Shown in pieces: positions 1-12,224 of a stretch of 34,174 bases of DNA. A program made the translations under genes and the position numbers. Numbering within the stretch: the stretch's first letter is position 1; each line of letters begins with the position of its first letter. Source of the DNA: Octopus bimaculoides (Eukaryota); the NCBI RefSeq assembly GCF_001194135.2, contig NC_068986.1, positions 27,954,690-27,988,863 of the forward strand. The letters run 5' to 3'. The notes beneath the pieces are model-generated. The model worked only from the letters and a program-made list of their open reading frames with translations. It ran no database searches and was not told the origin of the DNA.

Positions 1-57
1 TCATCAAGTCATATATATATATGCATGTGTGTGTGCATGTATATGTATATATATATA

Positions 58-203
58 TCATCATCATCGTTATTGTTTAACATCCGCTTTCCATGCTAGC
101 ATGGGTTGGACGATTTGACTGAGGACTGGTGAACCAGATGGCTACACCAGGCTCCAATCTGATTTGGCAGAGTTTCTACAGCTGGATGCCCTTCCTAATG
201 CCA
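58..203 (+). mobile_element. Truncated copy of a SINE-like interspersed repeat (family A)
   Basis: Nearly identical to 5279-5425 (tttaacatccgctttccatgc...gagtttctacagctggatgcccttcctaatgcca); starts in an (ATC)n run. Confidence 0.75.
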
Positions 204-238
204 GGATGCCCTGAGGGGTCTTGTCTTGCAAGTTACTT

Positions 239-421
239 GGTGACACATGAAAAGCATCCAGTACACCCTGTAAAGTGGAAGGCTTTTGGAAGAGCATCCA
301 GCTGTAAGAATCATGTCAAAGCAGACGGCTGGGATTGGTACAGTCTTCTTACCTGCCACCTTCTCTGGAACCCTCCAACCCATGCCAGCACAGAAAACAG
401 ATGTTAAATGATGACGATGAT
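239..421 (-). mobile_element. Diverged inverted copy of family A repeat
   Basis: Reverse complement reads atcatcgtcatcatttaacatctgttttctgtgctggcatgggttgga...cttacagctggatgctcttcc, matching the 58-203 copy. Confidence 0.65.
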
Positions 422-537
422 AAATAGTGTAAAAACAACACAAAGATGAAGTAAAAACAATGTGAAACATAATATGTATTAGGTTGACACTCAGGAAATG
501 GGGGAAAAAGTCTATACACACACACACACACACACGG

Positions 538-753
538 TCCTTTCTACTATAGGCACAAGGCCTGAAACTTTGGTGGTGATGGTTAGTTCATTGCATCGGT
601 CCCTGTGCTTCACTGGTACTTATTTTATCAAGCCTGAAAGGATGAAGGGCAAAAGTCAACCTTGGTGGAATTTGAACTGAGAACGTAAAAATGGGTGAAA
701 TGCTACTAAGCATTTTGTTCAGCATGCTAACAGTTTTGCCAGCTCACTGCCTT
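538..753 (-). mobile_element. SINE (core family), CpG-decayed copy
   Basis: Colinear with the copies at 20558-20719 and 24349-24560, including the tail ending ccttgtgcctatagtagaaagga on the minus strand. Confidence 0.8.
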
Positions 754-777
754 AATTTATAAATGAGTTTGTGTGGG

Positions 778-835
<58 letters not shown>

Positions 836-874
836 TTAACTCTTTTTTTCTATACAAACAAATGCATATATATA

Positions 875-906
<32 letters not shown>

Positions 907-1050
907 CATACATACATACATACATACATACACATGTATGAGTGTGTGGAAGAAAGAGTTAATGCAATCTGTTTTAGTTGAGATCTGAAAACATGACAAC
1001 TGTTAACCATAACATTAAAGTTTCTTTTTTTATGTTTTGTGCCATTTCAC

Positions 1051-1117
<67 letters not shown>
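1051..1117. repeat. (TAT)n microsatellite
   Basis: Perfect trinucleotide run. Confidence 0.95.
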
Positions 1118-1118
<1 letters not shown>

Positions 1119-1464
1119 TTGTTTGGTCTTCCAATCCTGTAACAGCTTTCACACACACACACATTGTGGGCACCCATTCACTTCTCTTTCTCTCCCCTCC
1201 CTTTCTCACTCTCCCCTCCAGCTCTTCCACTGTGAACCCCTTTTTTATATTCAACAAGTTTCGTAAGAAACTAATCTTTATATTCAAAATGCCACTTGCA
1301 AGTGCTCTGCTACACCTGCTCATTTTTTGTTTTTCTTTTTCCTCCTTTTTTTTTTTGCATGTGTGTGTGTGTGTGTGTGTAGTTTTTAGTTTGTTTTATT
1401 GTTGTTCTTTTCATGTTCTTCATCTCGAAGACAATCTACCCCAGAACCATGACAAATTTTATTG

Positions 1465-1590
1465 GCTTAGGCCAGTGGGTGACAGAATGTGTAGAGACCA
1501 TTGAACGAAATGCCTTGCAGTCTTGACGTATTTAATTACATCTGTTTAAGTTTCAAGTGGGAATCCAGCTGAGGTTGATTTAATCAATGT
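1465..1590 (+). mobile_element. Highly degenerate SINE core-family remnant
   Basis: gacagaatgtgtagagaccattgaacgaaatgccttgcagt...gaatccagctgaggttgattt loosely parallels ggcagaaacgttagcacg...gaaatgcttagcggt...aattccgccgaggtcgacttt. Confidence 0.4.
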
Positions 1591-1676
1591 TACACATACC
1601 TCTTCCCCACCGTACTTCAAAAATCTGTTGTCTTTGTGCTCATGTTAGTTAGATCATTATTATTATTAAAATAAGT

Positions 1677-2052
1677 GGAGGTGCAATGGCCCAGTGGTTA
1701 GGGCAGTGGACTCGCGGTCATAGGATCGCGGTTTCGATTCCCAGTCCGGGCGTTGTGAGTGTTTATTGAACAAAAACACCTAAAGCTCCACGAGGCTCCG
1801 GCAGGGGATGGTGGCGAACCCTGCTGTACTCTGCCACCACAACTTTCTCTCACTCTTACTTCCTGTTTCTGTTGTGCCTGTAATTCAAAGGGTCAGCCTT
1901 GTCACACTGTGTCACGTTGAATATCCCCGAGAACTACGTTAAGGGTACACGTGTTTGTGGAGTGCTCAGCCACTTACACGTTAATTTCACGAGCAGGCTG
2001 TTCCGTTGATCGGATCAACTGGAACCCTCGACGTCGTAAGCAATAGAATGTC
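1677..2052 (+). mobile_element. tRNA-derived SINE, CpG-rich (young), running into a gap
   Basis: Pol III A box TGGCCCAGTGG (1687-1697) and B box GGTTTCGATTCCC (1730-1742), followed by a non-tRNA body; no CCA or 3' acceptor strand. Confidence 0.8.
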
Positions 2053-2789
2053 NNNNNNNNNNNNNNNNNNNNNNNNNNNNNNNNNNNNNNNNNNNNNNNN
2101 NNNNNNNNNNNNNNNNNNNNNNNNNNNNNNNNNNNNNNNNNNNNNNNNNNNNNNNNNNNNNNNNNNNNNNNNNNNNNNNNNNNNNNNNNNNNNNNNNNNN
2201 NNNNNNNNNNNNNNNNNNNNNNNNNNNNNNNNNNNNNNNNNNNNNNNNNNNNNNNNNNNNNNNNNNNNNNNNNNNNNNNNNNNNNNNNNNNNNNNNNNNN
2301 NNNNNNNNNNNNNNNNNNNNNNNNNNNNNNNNNNNNNNNNNNNNNNNNNNNNNNNNNNNNNNNNNNNNNNNNNNNNNNNNNNNNNNNNNNNNNNNNNNNN
2401 NNNNNNNNNNNNNNNNNNNNNNNNNNNNNNNNNNNNNNNNNNNNNNNNNNNNNNNNNNNNNNNNNNNNNNNNNNNNNNNNNNNNNNNNNNNNNNNNNNNN
2501 NNNNNNNNNNNNNNNNNNNNNNNNNNNNNNNNNNNNNNNNNNNNNNNNNNNNNNNNNNNNNNNNNNNNNNNNNNNNNNNNNNNNNNNNNNNNNNNNNNNN
2601 NNNNNNNNNNNNNNNNNNNNNNNNNNNNNNNNNNNNNNNNNNNNNNNNNNNNNNNNNNNNNNNNNNNNNNNNNNNNNNNNNNNNNNNNNNNNNNNNNNNN
2701 NNNNNNNNNNNNNNNNNNNNNNNNNNNNNNNNNNNNNNNNNNNNNNNNNNNNNNNNNNNNNNNNNNNNNNNNNNNNNNNNNNNNNNNNN

Positions 2790-2842
2790 GCTCCCCATCT
2801 CACAAAATGCTTTAGAACTTGTGCCTACAGTAGAAAGGATTA

Positions 2843-2882
<40 letters not shown>

Positions 2883-2888
2883 CATTAT
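2790..2888 (+). mobile_element. 3' tail of core-family SINE with (ATT)n
   Basis: cttgtgcctacagtagaaaggattatcattatt matches the tails at 21290-21320 and 24525-24560. Confidence 0.65.
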
Positions 2889-3501
2889 TGGCAGGGTTAG
2901 AGTATAATTTTATGTTTTAAGAAATTGGCAGATATGATTCCATTTACGTTTGAAATAGTTTCACTTGTACACTGCTCTGGTGCCATTTGCAAAAAGTATT
3001 GAGTCTTCACACCCGTTGCTTCTTTCTCTTTCAGTCTCTGTCTCTCTGTCTCTCTGTCTCTCTCTCTCTCCCCAACAGTCTATATGCTTCGTCTCATTTT
3101 TTCTTCTTCTTTTAACCCTTTCCCTTTAATTCTGTTGAATATCTATTATCAAATAAGTCATTAGTTCTGTCTAAGTTGAAACATTACATGTTGTCAATTC
3201 CTAGAGCTGACTTTCAATATGTGTTTGCATGCATGTCTCATATTCTTGTAGTGCTTGTGTGTGTGTGTGTGTGTTTCATTTTTGTCTTTGATAAACTGCT
3301 TCTCCTCTCCTCCAGGCTTACAGACATGAATGTATTTGTGGATATATTGTTTGGCATGCATGTATGCTGACTTGCATCCACATATGTATGGCTGGCTAAA
3401 GCAATGGATGCATGGTTGTATTTACATTGTACATTTGTTGTATTCTTGAATTATCTCCTGTACAAAAGAAACCAGCAATAACTGGGTGAACTGTAACAAA
3501 A

Positions 3502-3565
<64 letters not shown>

Positions 3566-3599
3566 NNNNNNNNNNNNNNNNNNNNNNNNNNNNNNNNNN

Positions 3600-3631
<32 letters not shown>

Positions 3632-3827
3632 TGTATGTATGTATGTATGTATGTGTGAGCGTATGTATGTAAATTTGGTACCTCATCCCTTACCACCTCA
3701 CTGTCCATGCTTCTCAATATTTACTGTTCACATCCTGATGAAGTATGTATATATGTATGTCTTATTTGTGCATGTGTGTGTATGTAAATATATACATGCA
3801 CATATATACACACACATATATATAGTT

Positions 3828-3858
<31 letters not shown>

Positions 3859-4279
3859 ATCGTTTGCATGCACACATACATCTATGTAAATGTTTATGTA
3901 GAGTTATGTTGTTTTTGTTGAACCTTCAGGCTCTCCATAAAGAGAAAATGTGTTTTCTCATAGAATTAGTCACAGTTTGCATTGAAGAAAGAATTAAAAT
4001 TTTTTTTTATTTGCAAGATCAGTATTATTCCAAAACATTTACACGCACACACATGCACAAACTTACACACATACACATGCATACATAAATACATACCAGT
4101 ACAAATACGCAAATTTTTTTCTTCCTTTTGGACCACAACTCCATTGTATTGTTTGTTTTTTTCTTTCTTTCTTTTTTTTCTTCTCTTCCTGGTTTTGGTT
4201 AATTGAGATGAAATACATTTTTATCTTTTAAGTTCTTAATAAACCTCTGAAACTGCCAACTTACCATTCTTATTATACC

Positions 4280-4312
<33 letters not shown>

Positions 4313-4526
4313 GTGTGTGTGTTATGTTGATTTTAGTAGTGTATGTTTATGGTTTACATATCCTTGTGTATTATAGTCCTGTTATTCAACTGGATATGTC
4401 AACATATCTTTAGTTATATGAACTGGCTATCTAAAGAAAATAAATGTATACACCCTTTATAGAATGTATAGCTTTGTATGTCAATGTTTTTCTTCTCATT
4501 ACGTACACATCACTCTCTCTCTCTCT

Positions 4527-4562
<36 letters not shown>

Positions 4563-4774
4563 NNNNNNNNNNNNNNNNNNNNNNNNNNNNNNNNNNNNNN
4601 NNNNNNNNNNNNNNNNNNNNNNNNNNNNNNNNNNNNNNNNNNNNNNNNNNNNNNNNNNNNNNNNNNNNNNNNNNNNNNNNNNNNNNNNNNNNNNNNNNNN
4701 NNNNNNNNNNNNNNNNNNNNNNNNNNNNNNNNNNNNNNNNNNNNNNNNNNNNNNNNNNNNNNNNNNNNNNNNNN

Positions 4775-4810
<36 letters not shown>

Positions 4811-5278
4811 TACATACCATACATTCATATACACATGTGTGTAATTTAACAGCTGAAACTTTTAAATTGAATAATGTTAGATAAAGAAACATTTATTGTA
4901 CAACCATAATTTAAGGCAGGAATGACAAAAAGCTTGTTGATGGGAAAGTTTGTGTTGCTTTTATTCTCAAACTTGTTTTACAAATGAACACCATTTAGTG
5001 TGTGTATGTATGTATGTATGTACTTAGCTGTGTGTATGCAACCACATACAAGCATACAGGCATATGTACAGATATATGTATATGTGTATGTTAGATAGCT
5101 TAATGCTTTGTGTATCGTTGATCTTGCTTGAAGTGAATATTTCTTCTGAAGGATAGTGATAGAAATCCAAAATGATAGTTTGAAACAAATGACACAGAAG
5201 AAAAACATTTGGTATGTGCAAAACACAGACATACATGTGGTTTGTGTGTATGTACCTGTCTGTCTGTCTCTCTCTCTA

Positions 5279-5572
5279 CATCATCATCATCGTTTAACGT
5301 CCACCTTCCATGCAAGGATCGGTTGGACGATTTGACTGAGGACTGGCGAACCAGATGGCTGCACCAGGCTCCAATCTGATCTGGCAGAGTTTCTACAGCT
5401 GGATGCCCTTCCTAACGCCAACCACTCCGAGAGTGTAGTGGGGGCTTTTACATGCCTCCAGCACAAAGGCCAGTCAGGCAGTAATGGCAGCGGCCAAGCT
5501 CAAAATGGTGTCTTTTACTTGCCACCTGCACAGGAGCCAGTCCAGCGGCACTAGCAACGACCTCGCTCGAAT
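5279..5572 (+). mobile_element. Family A SINE-like repeat, longer copy
   Basis: First ~145 bp align with 58-203; retains many CpGs. Confidence 0.75.
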
Positions 5573-5590
5573 ATTGTTTTGTGTGGTGGG

Positions 5591-5705
5591 TCTTATTCTT
5601 TGTAAGCCTAGTACTTATTCTATCAGTCTCTTTTACCAAACTGCTAAGTTACAGGGACGTAAATACACCAACATCGGTTGTCAAGAAATGGTGGAGGGAC
5701 AAACA
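5591..5705 (-). mobile_element. Family B SINE body fragment
   Basis: cttattctatcagtctcttttaccaaactgctaagttacagggacgtaaa matches 8253-8310 and, inverted, 6985-7060. Confidence 0.65.
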
Positions 5706-6587
5706 TAAACACACAATGCATCCATATATATATATATATGTATATATATATATGTATGTATATATATATATATATATATACATTTCCACTCGTACGGTAT
5801 TCCACAACTTTACTTTATTATACATATATGTATNNNNNNNNNNNNNNNNNNNNNNNNNNNNNNNNNNNNNNNNNNNNNNNNNNNNNNNNNNNNNNNNNNN
5901 NNNNNNNNNNNNNNNNNNNNNNNNNNNNNNNNNNNNNNNNNNNNNNNNNNNNNNNNNNNNNNNNNNNNNNNNNNNNNNNNNNNNNNNNNNNNNNNNNNNN
6001 NNNNNNNNNNNNNNNNNNNNNNNNNNNNNNNNNNNNNNNNNNNNNNNNNNNNNNNNNNNNNNNNNNNNNNNNNNNNNNNNNNNNNNNNNNNNNNNNNNNN
6101 NNNNNNNNNNNNNNNNNNNNNNNNNNNNNNNNNNNNNNNNNNNNNNNNNNNNNNNNNNNNNNNNNNNNNNNNNNNNNNNNNNNNNNNNNNNNNNNNNNNN
6201 NNNNNNNNNNNNNNNNNNNNNNNNNNNNNNNNNNNNNNNNNNNNNNNNNNNNNNNNNNNNNNNNNNNNNNNNNNNNNNNNNNNNNNNNNNNNNNNNNNNN
6301 NNNNNNNNNNNNNNNNNNNNNNNNNNNNNNNNNNNNNNNNNNNNNNNNNNNNNNNNNNNNNNNNNNNNNNNNNNNNNNNNNNNNNNNNNNNNNNNNNNNN
6401 NNNNNNNNNNNNNNNNNNNNNNNNNNNNNNNNNNNNNNNNNNNNNNNNNNNNNNNNNNNNNNNNNNNNNNNNNNNNNNNNNNNNNNNNNNNNNNNNNNNN
6501 NNNNNNNNNNNNNNNNNNNNNNNNNNNNNNNNNNNNNNNNNNNNNNNNNNNNNNNNNNNNNNNNNNNNNNNNNNNNNNNNNNNNNNA

Positions 6588-6620
<33 letters not shown>

Positions 6621-6637
6621 GTGTATATATATACACA

Positions 6638-6677
<40 letters not shown>

Positions 6678-6717
6678 TGTTTGTAGTTTTAGGATATCAA
6701 ACAAGATATTTTCAGAA

Positions 6718-6872
6718 AGTGGCTTTGTGGTTAAGAGGTTTGCTTTCCAGCCACATGGTTTTAGGTTCTGTTCCACTGCACAGCACTTTGGGACAAGTAT
6801 CTTTTCCTATAGCCCCAGGCTGACCACTGCTTTGTGAGTGGATTTAGCAGATGGAAACTATGGAGGCCCATC

Positions 6873-6908
<36 letters not shown>

Positions 6909-7160
6909 AGAGAGAGAGATGTAGATAGATAGATGTGTATGTGTGTGTGTATTATTATGTGTGTGTTTGTCCCCCACCCACTGTTTGACAACTGGTGTTG
7001 GTTTGTTTGCATCCCAAGACATAGCAGTTCCGCTGTAGAGACCTATGTAATAAGTTTCAGACTTAAAAATAAGAACTGGGGTTGATTTATTAGATTAAAA
7101 TCCTTCAAGGTAGCTGCCCCAGAATGGCTGCAGTCCAATGACTGAAACTAGTACAGAATA
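6718..7160 (+). mobile_element. Family B SINE (tRNA-like head, internal TA/GA microsatellite, body and tail), CpG-decayed
   Basis: Head aligns with 22485-22645 and, inverted, 8390-8540; tail cagtccaatgactgaaactagtacagaataa matches 9725-9768 inverted. Confidence 0.7.
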
Positions 7161-8140
7161 AGCGATACCACCTTTCTCTCATTACACACGCACACACACA
7201 CATACATACATAAATACATACATACATATATACTCACATAGATACACACACACACACACATGTATACATACATATACACACATATGCATACTTACATATA
7301 CACACATACATATACATACATACTCACATATATACACACATACACATACATACATACTTACATACATACATACATACACGCACACATACATGCGTACACA
7401 CATATACACACACATGCATGCTTACATACATACACATATGTACTCCACCTCCTTTTAAATACTTGGTAGGGGTGGTCTCTCACCACTTCTTCTTCACTGC
7501 CTCCCCCCTCCTTCCTACCCAGGTCTACTGTTCCTGTTGTTGTTGTTAATTAAAATTATATCTCATTTTATTATTATTATCATTAATATTATTATTAATC
7601 TTCAATTGATAGCTGGGATTTTGTTTTGTTTTTTTCCATTAGTTTATCCAAATTTACTTTTTTACTTTTTTTCAGTTTAGTTTTTTTGAAAAAAATTTTT
7701 TCAGGTTTCTTTTTTTGTATTTTGGTTTATTATTTTTTTGTTTTTGTTTTTGTGTATATTTTGTGAAAAACAAGTTTTAAATGAGAAAAAAAAAAGAAAA
7801 ATACAAAATAAAATTGAGTAAAAACCAAAAAAAAAAGAATTTTTTTTCTGTCTACTTTCTATTTTTCTAATTGTGTTTTTACATCCTTCTTTCTATTTTT
7901 TGTCCTTTCTTTTCTTTCTATTTTTTCTGTCTATGTTTCCCATTTTCCTCTTTCTCTCCCCCCTCTCTCTCTCCTCCTGATTTTGTCTCTCTATCTTCCC
8001 CATTTCTTCTCTCTTATCTAATTTATTACATGTGATAGTGTTTAACTTTTCTGTCTGATAGCCCAAAAAAAGTTTGACTATTTTCTTAATTAAAACTGGA
8101 TATCCAACTATAATTAATTGAAATGAGTAAAAATGTACAT

Positions 8141-8540
8141 GAGGCACAAGTGTGGCTGTGTGGTAAAGAGTTTGCTTCCTAACTACATGGTTCCAGGTTC
8201 AGTCCCAGTTTTAGTCGACAAAATTGACCCCAAGGCTTATTTTTTGTAAGCCCTTATTCTATCGGTCTCCTTACCTGAACTGCTAAGTTACGGGAACGTA
8301 AACACACCAACATCAGTCGTGGTGGTGGTGGGGGGGGGAGACAAACAGACTCAAAGACACACATAAATAAATATATATATATATACATATACAATGGGAT
8401 TCTTTCAGTTTCCTTCTACCAAATCCACTCACAAGGCTTTGGTTGGCGCGAGGCTATAGTAAAAGATACTTGCCTCAGGTGGCATGCAGTAGGACTGAAC
8501 CCAGAACCATGTAGTTGGGAAGGAAGCTTCTTGCCACACA
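8141..8540 (-). mobile_element. Family B SINE on the minus strand (8210-8540) abutting a plus-strand head fragment (8141-8207)
   Basis: gactgaacccagaaccatgtagttgggaaggaagcttc (8493-8530) is the reverse complement of gagtttgcttcctaactacatggttccaggttcagtc (8168-8204) with few mismatches. Confidence 0.7.
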
Positions 8541-8544
8541 TGCA

Positions 8545-8576
<32 letters not shown>

Positions 8577-9054
8577 NNNNNNNNNNNNNNNNNNNNNNNN
8601 NNNNNNNNNNNNNNNNNNNNNNNNNNNNNNNNNNNNNNNNNNNNNNNNNNNNNNNNNNNNNNNNNNNNNNNNNNNNNNNNNNNNNNNNNNNNNNNNNNNN
8701 NNNNNNNNNNNNNNNNNNNNNNNNNNNNNNNNNNNNNNNNNNNNNNNNNNNNNNNNNNNNNNNNNNNNNNNNNNNNNNNNNNNNNNNNNNNNNNNNNNNN
8801 NNNNNNNNNNNNNNNNNNNNNNNNNNNNNNNNNNNNNNNNNNNNNNNNNNNNNNNNNNNNNNNNNNNNNNNNNNNNNNNNNNNNNNNNNNNNNNNNNNNN
8901 NNNNNNNNNNNNNNNNNNNNNNNNNNNNNNNNNNNNNNNNNNNNNNNNNNNNNNNNNNNNNNNNNNNNNNNNNNNNNNNNNNNNNNNNNNNNNNNNNNNN
9001 NNNNNNNNNNNNNNNNNNNNNNNNNNNNNNNNNNNNNNNNNNNNNNNNNNNNNN

Positions 9055-9103
<49 letters not shown>

Positions 9104-9119
9104 AGGTCCTAGCTTTAAG

Positions 9120-9290
9120 GGTACCCGTAACGTAGTTTCCAGTGTGATGCAGGTACTACTCATTTCTGCTAGTTGGGTGTACTGGAGCAATGTGAAATAA
9201 AGTGTCTTGCTGAAAGGCACAACACGCTGCCGGGAATTGAACTTACGATCGTGAATCGAATGCCCCAAACCACTAAGACGCGCCCTCACA
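9120..9290 (-). mobile_element. tRNA-derived SINE related to 26280-26535
   Basis: Minus strand reads gcgtcttagtggtt...gttcaattcccggc...gtgttgtgcctttcagcaagacactttatttcacattgctccagtacac, parallel to 26290-26405. Confidence 0.65.
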
Positions 9291-10039
9291 CAAGGAAATA
9301 TATCCTGTCTATAACGTGATACACCGGACGGGGAAAGAGCTAAACGGTGGCGGGGTGAGTGTATGACAAGCAAAGAAAAACACTGCACGTATCTGTCTAA
9401 CCACCATCAACATTAGTTAAGCTTTCGACACTCCAATTTCCGTTATCTACTCATAGACGAAGTTTTCAGCACCTTTAGAAACAAAATAATTAGTCGGCCT
9501 CCATTAATCAATCAGCCGCAACAACAGTGGAATACCTATCTGTTGCTTTACCTATCTGTTGCTTTCCATGGACGACTTCATTTCGTCCAGCTTTAAAATA
9601 TATTGTAGTTTTTTTGTTTTAATACAATGCGTCTATAAAGGGAATTTGTTTTCCCCATGGCGGAAAACTGTAGCTTCTGGCTTTTCAACTACAAATATGC
9701 ATTAAACATGTGCTTTTTTTCTTTTCTTTTACTTGTTTCAGGCATTTGACTGTTGCCATGCTGGAGCAGTTCTATAGATAAAAAATTTACTCTGAGGTAA
9801 GAAGTTTGCTTCCCAACCACATGGTCCTAAGTTCAGTCCCATTGCGTGGCACCTTGGGAGAGAGAGAAAGAGAGAGTACAATATGTCCAAACTGCAATAC
9901 TACACCTGAAACTATTGAAAATCAGAGTGTACAGTGGAGTACTCAGCCAGAGTAGTAGCTTGGTCGTTTGTATCATGTCCTCATTAAATGTTTTTGGTGT
10001 TTTAGGTGGCTATGTAGTCAAGTGCAGAGTGAAACACCC

Positions 10040-10135
10040 CCTGAGTAGACTGGAGTAACGTGAAATACTGGGCTAGGAATTGAACTCACGACCTTAAAAT
10101 CGTGAGTCCAGTGCCATACCCACAAGGCCATGCAC
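10040..10135 (-). mobile_element. tRNA-derived SINE head fragment
   Basis: B-box-like gtgagttcaattcc on the minus strand, followed by tttcacgttactccagtc as in the 26280 family. Confidence 0.5.
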
Positions 10136-10137
10136 TT

Positions 10138-10320
10138 TTATATTTCTTTATTGATGTCAGGGGGCTGAATATAGAGGGGACAAACAAGGACAGGCAAAGG
10201 GATTAAGTCGATTACATCGACCCCAGTGCGTAACTGGTACTTATTTAATCGAACTCGAAAGGAGGAAAGGCAAAGTCGATCTCGGCGGGACTCGAACTCA
10301 GAACGTAACGGCAGAAAGAC
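10138..10320 (-). mobile_element. Core-family SINE
   Basis: Matches 11683-11865 over ~180 bp. Confidence 0.85.
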
Positions 10321-10356
10321 TGTGGAGAAACGTATTGATGAGAAGATGCTGGAGTG

Positions 10357-10391
<35 letters not shown>

Positions 10392-10943
10392 TTTAGATAA
10401 CACAAATCGAGAGTCTAGTATAGAAAGACTAGGATAACGCCGTTGGTAGGAGAGGTTGGGAAAATGAACGAAGTGGATGAAATATTGTGAGTGAATGATT
10501 CAGGAGAAGCTACGCTAAGAGAAGTTAACTGAATTCAAAGGCACTTATGAACAAGACAGAAGAAAATGAAAAGTACTAATTGAAGAAATTAAAATGTGTG
10601 AAAGGGTGAGATTTTTATAGATTATATAAATTTCAAAAAACCCTCCAAGAAGAAGTTTTTGGAACAATGCAAAAAAGTACCGAAAATTTTTTTTTAAATT
10701 CAAAAAATTTAAAGAATATTTTCAAAGCATCTCGAAATTTTTTGAAGGCTTCGGAGTCGTGAAGTCACAGAGTTTCAAAGTTACTCTGTTGCCTTTCTAT
10801 ACTTGACCATAACTATGTTGCCTGAGATATACCAACACTTTATACAAATCGAGAGATAATAACGATATGTCTGTTGTATTGGAAATCTCCCGAAGCCGAT
10901 GGCAGCAAAACTGAACGACAGACGTCAGACACCATCATCGTGT

Positions 10944-11052
10944 CGGTGGTAGCAATGGTGGTGGTGGTGGTAGTGGTGATGATGATGATGGTATTGCTGC
11001 TGCTGGTATTGCTGATGGTAGGGGTGGTTTTGGCGTTAATGTTGATGACAAC

Positions 11053-11083
<31 letters not shown>

Positions 11084-11185
11084 ATGATGATAATGATGGT
11101 TATAATGATGATGGAGATGGTGATGATGACGGTGGTGGTGGTGGTGGTAGTTGTAATGATGATTACGACGAACGCAACGACGACA
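10944..11185. repeat. Compound (GGT)/(GAT) trinucleotide repeat
   Basis: Interleaved GGT, GAT and GCT runs. Confidence 0.85.
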
Positions 11186-11682
11186 ATTGACTTCGTTCAC
11201 CAGTTCAAAGACATTCTCGCAGCGATATTTTTTGGTCATTTCGGTAACAAACCTCCATCTACGAGGAATAATTTGGTGACATATGAAGGTGAGAAAGTAA
11301 TTCTGCATGAACATATATGTATGTAATATCCGCAGCTGATGTCACAGCAAATAAAGAGGGGAAACAGCAAACGCGCACACACACACTGTCAATTTATTTG
11401 TCCATTAATTACATAGTCTGGCTATGTATGAATGTCACAGCATCAAACTTGTTATAAGAAAGATTAGTTTCACCAGTTCTGATCTACCAACAGATATCCG
11501 ATGACGACGTGTAACCTAGGATCGTTTGTAGGCGTTTAAAATTCCACAGGCAGGATATTTTTTGTCATCTTCAACATGAGAATAATTTACCAATTTTAGA
11601 ATTTTTCCATAAAATAAAATAAAGAATAAGAATAAGAAATAAAAGTAAAGGAAGAGAAAAAAAAAGAATCCTTTAAATATAA

Positions 11683-12068
11683 TTATTTCTTTATTGCCCA
11701 CAGGGGGCTAAACATAGAGGGGACAAACTAGGACAGACAGGGATTAAGTCGATTATATCAACCCCTGTGCGCAACAGGTACTTAATTTATCGACCCCGAA
11801 AGGATGAAAGGAAAAGTCGACCTCGGCGGAATTTGAACTCAGAACGTAACGGCAGACGAAATACCTATTTCTTTACTGCCCACAAGGGGCTACACACAGA
11901 GGGGACAAACAAGGACAGACAAACGGATTAAGTCGATATTATCGACCCCAGTGCGTAACTGGTACTTAATTTATCGACCCCGAAAGGATGAAAGGCAAAG
12001 TCGACCTCGGCGGAATTTGAACTCAGAACGCAGTGGCAGACGAAATACCGTTAAGCATTTCGTCCGGA
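11683..12068 (-). mobile_element. Head-to-tail tandem dimer of core-family SINE
   Basis: Two ~180-200 bp units with junction near 11865 (gaaatacc|tatttctttactgccc). Confidence 0.85.
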
Positions 12069-12224
12069 TGGAATTTTAGAGCGATTACTGATGATTCTAA
12101 AGAATTCGCAGAACTTATTGCCGAATATTATACTGAAAAATCCAAATGTGTTAACTTCACCACTGCTGACAACAAATGTCTATAATATCTGTTGAATTTA
12201 CTCCTGCACTATTACGACGTCACT

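Noticed and set aside
1677-1750. Possible tRNA genes (also 26280-26350)
   Set aside because: A/B boxes lead into SINE bodies; no complete cloverleaf or terminator.
7600-7860. T-rich block followed by an A-rich block
   Set aside because: Low-complexity bias without specific arm complementarity.
9878-9922. TICPNCNTTPETIE, resembling an L1/Tx1 C-terminal zinc knuckle
   Set aside because: Only 14 residues, lacks the following His/Cys and any flanking LINE homology.
11204-11288. Plus-strand candidate exon FKDILAAIFFGHFGNKPPSTRNNLVTYE with AAG|GTGAGA donor
   Set aside because: Short, weak pyrimidine tract, overlaps an equally plausible minus-strand reading; the FFGH resemblance to metallophosphoesterases is too slight.
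10874-11326. 150-aa V/M-rich ORF and the G/D-rich alternative frame
   Set aside because: Translation of GGT/GAT microsatellite; the G/D frame is bounded by stops with no credible acceptor.
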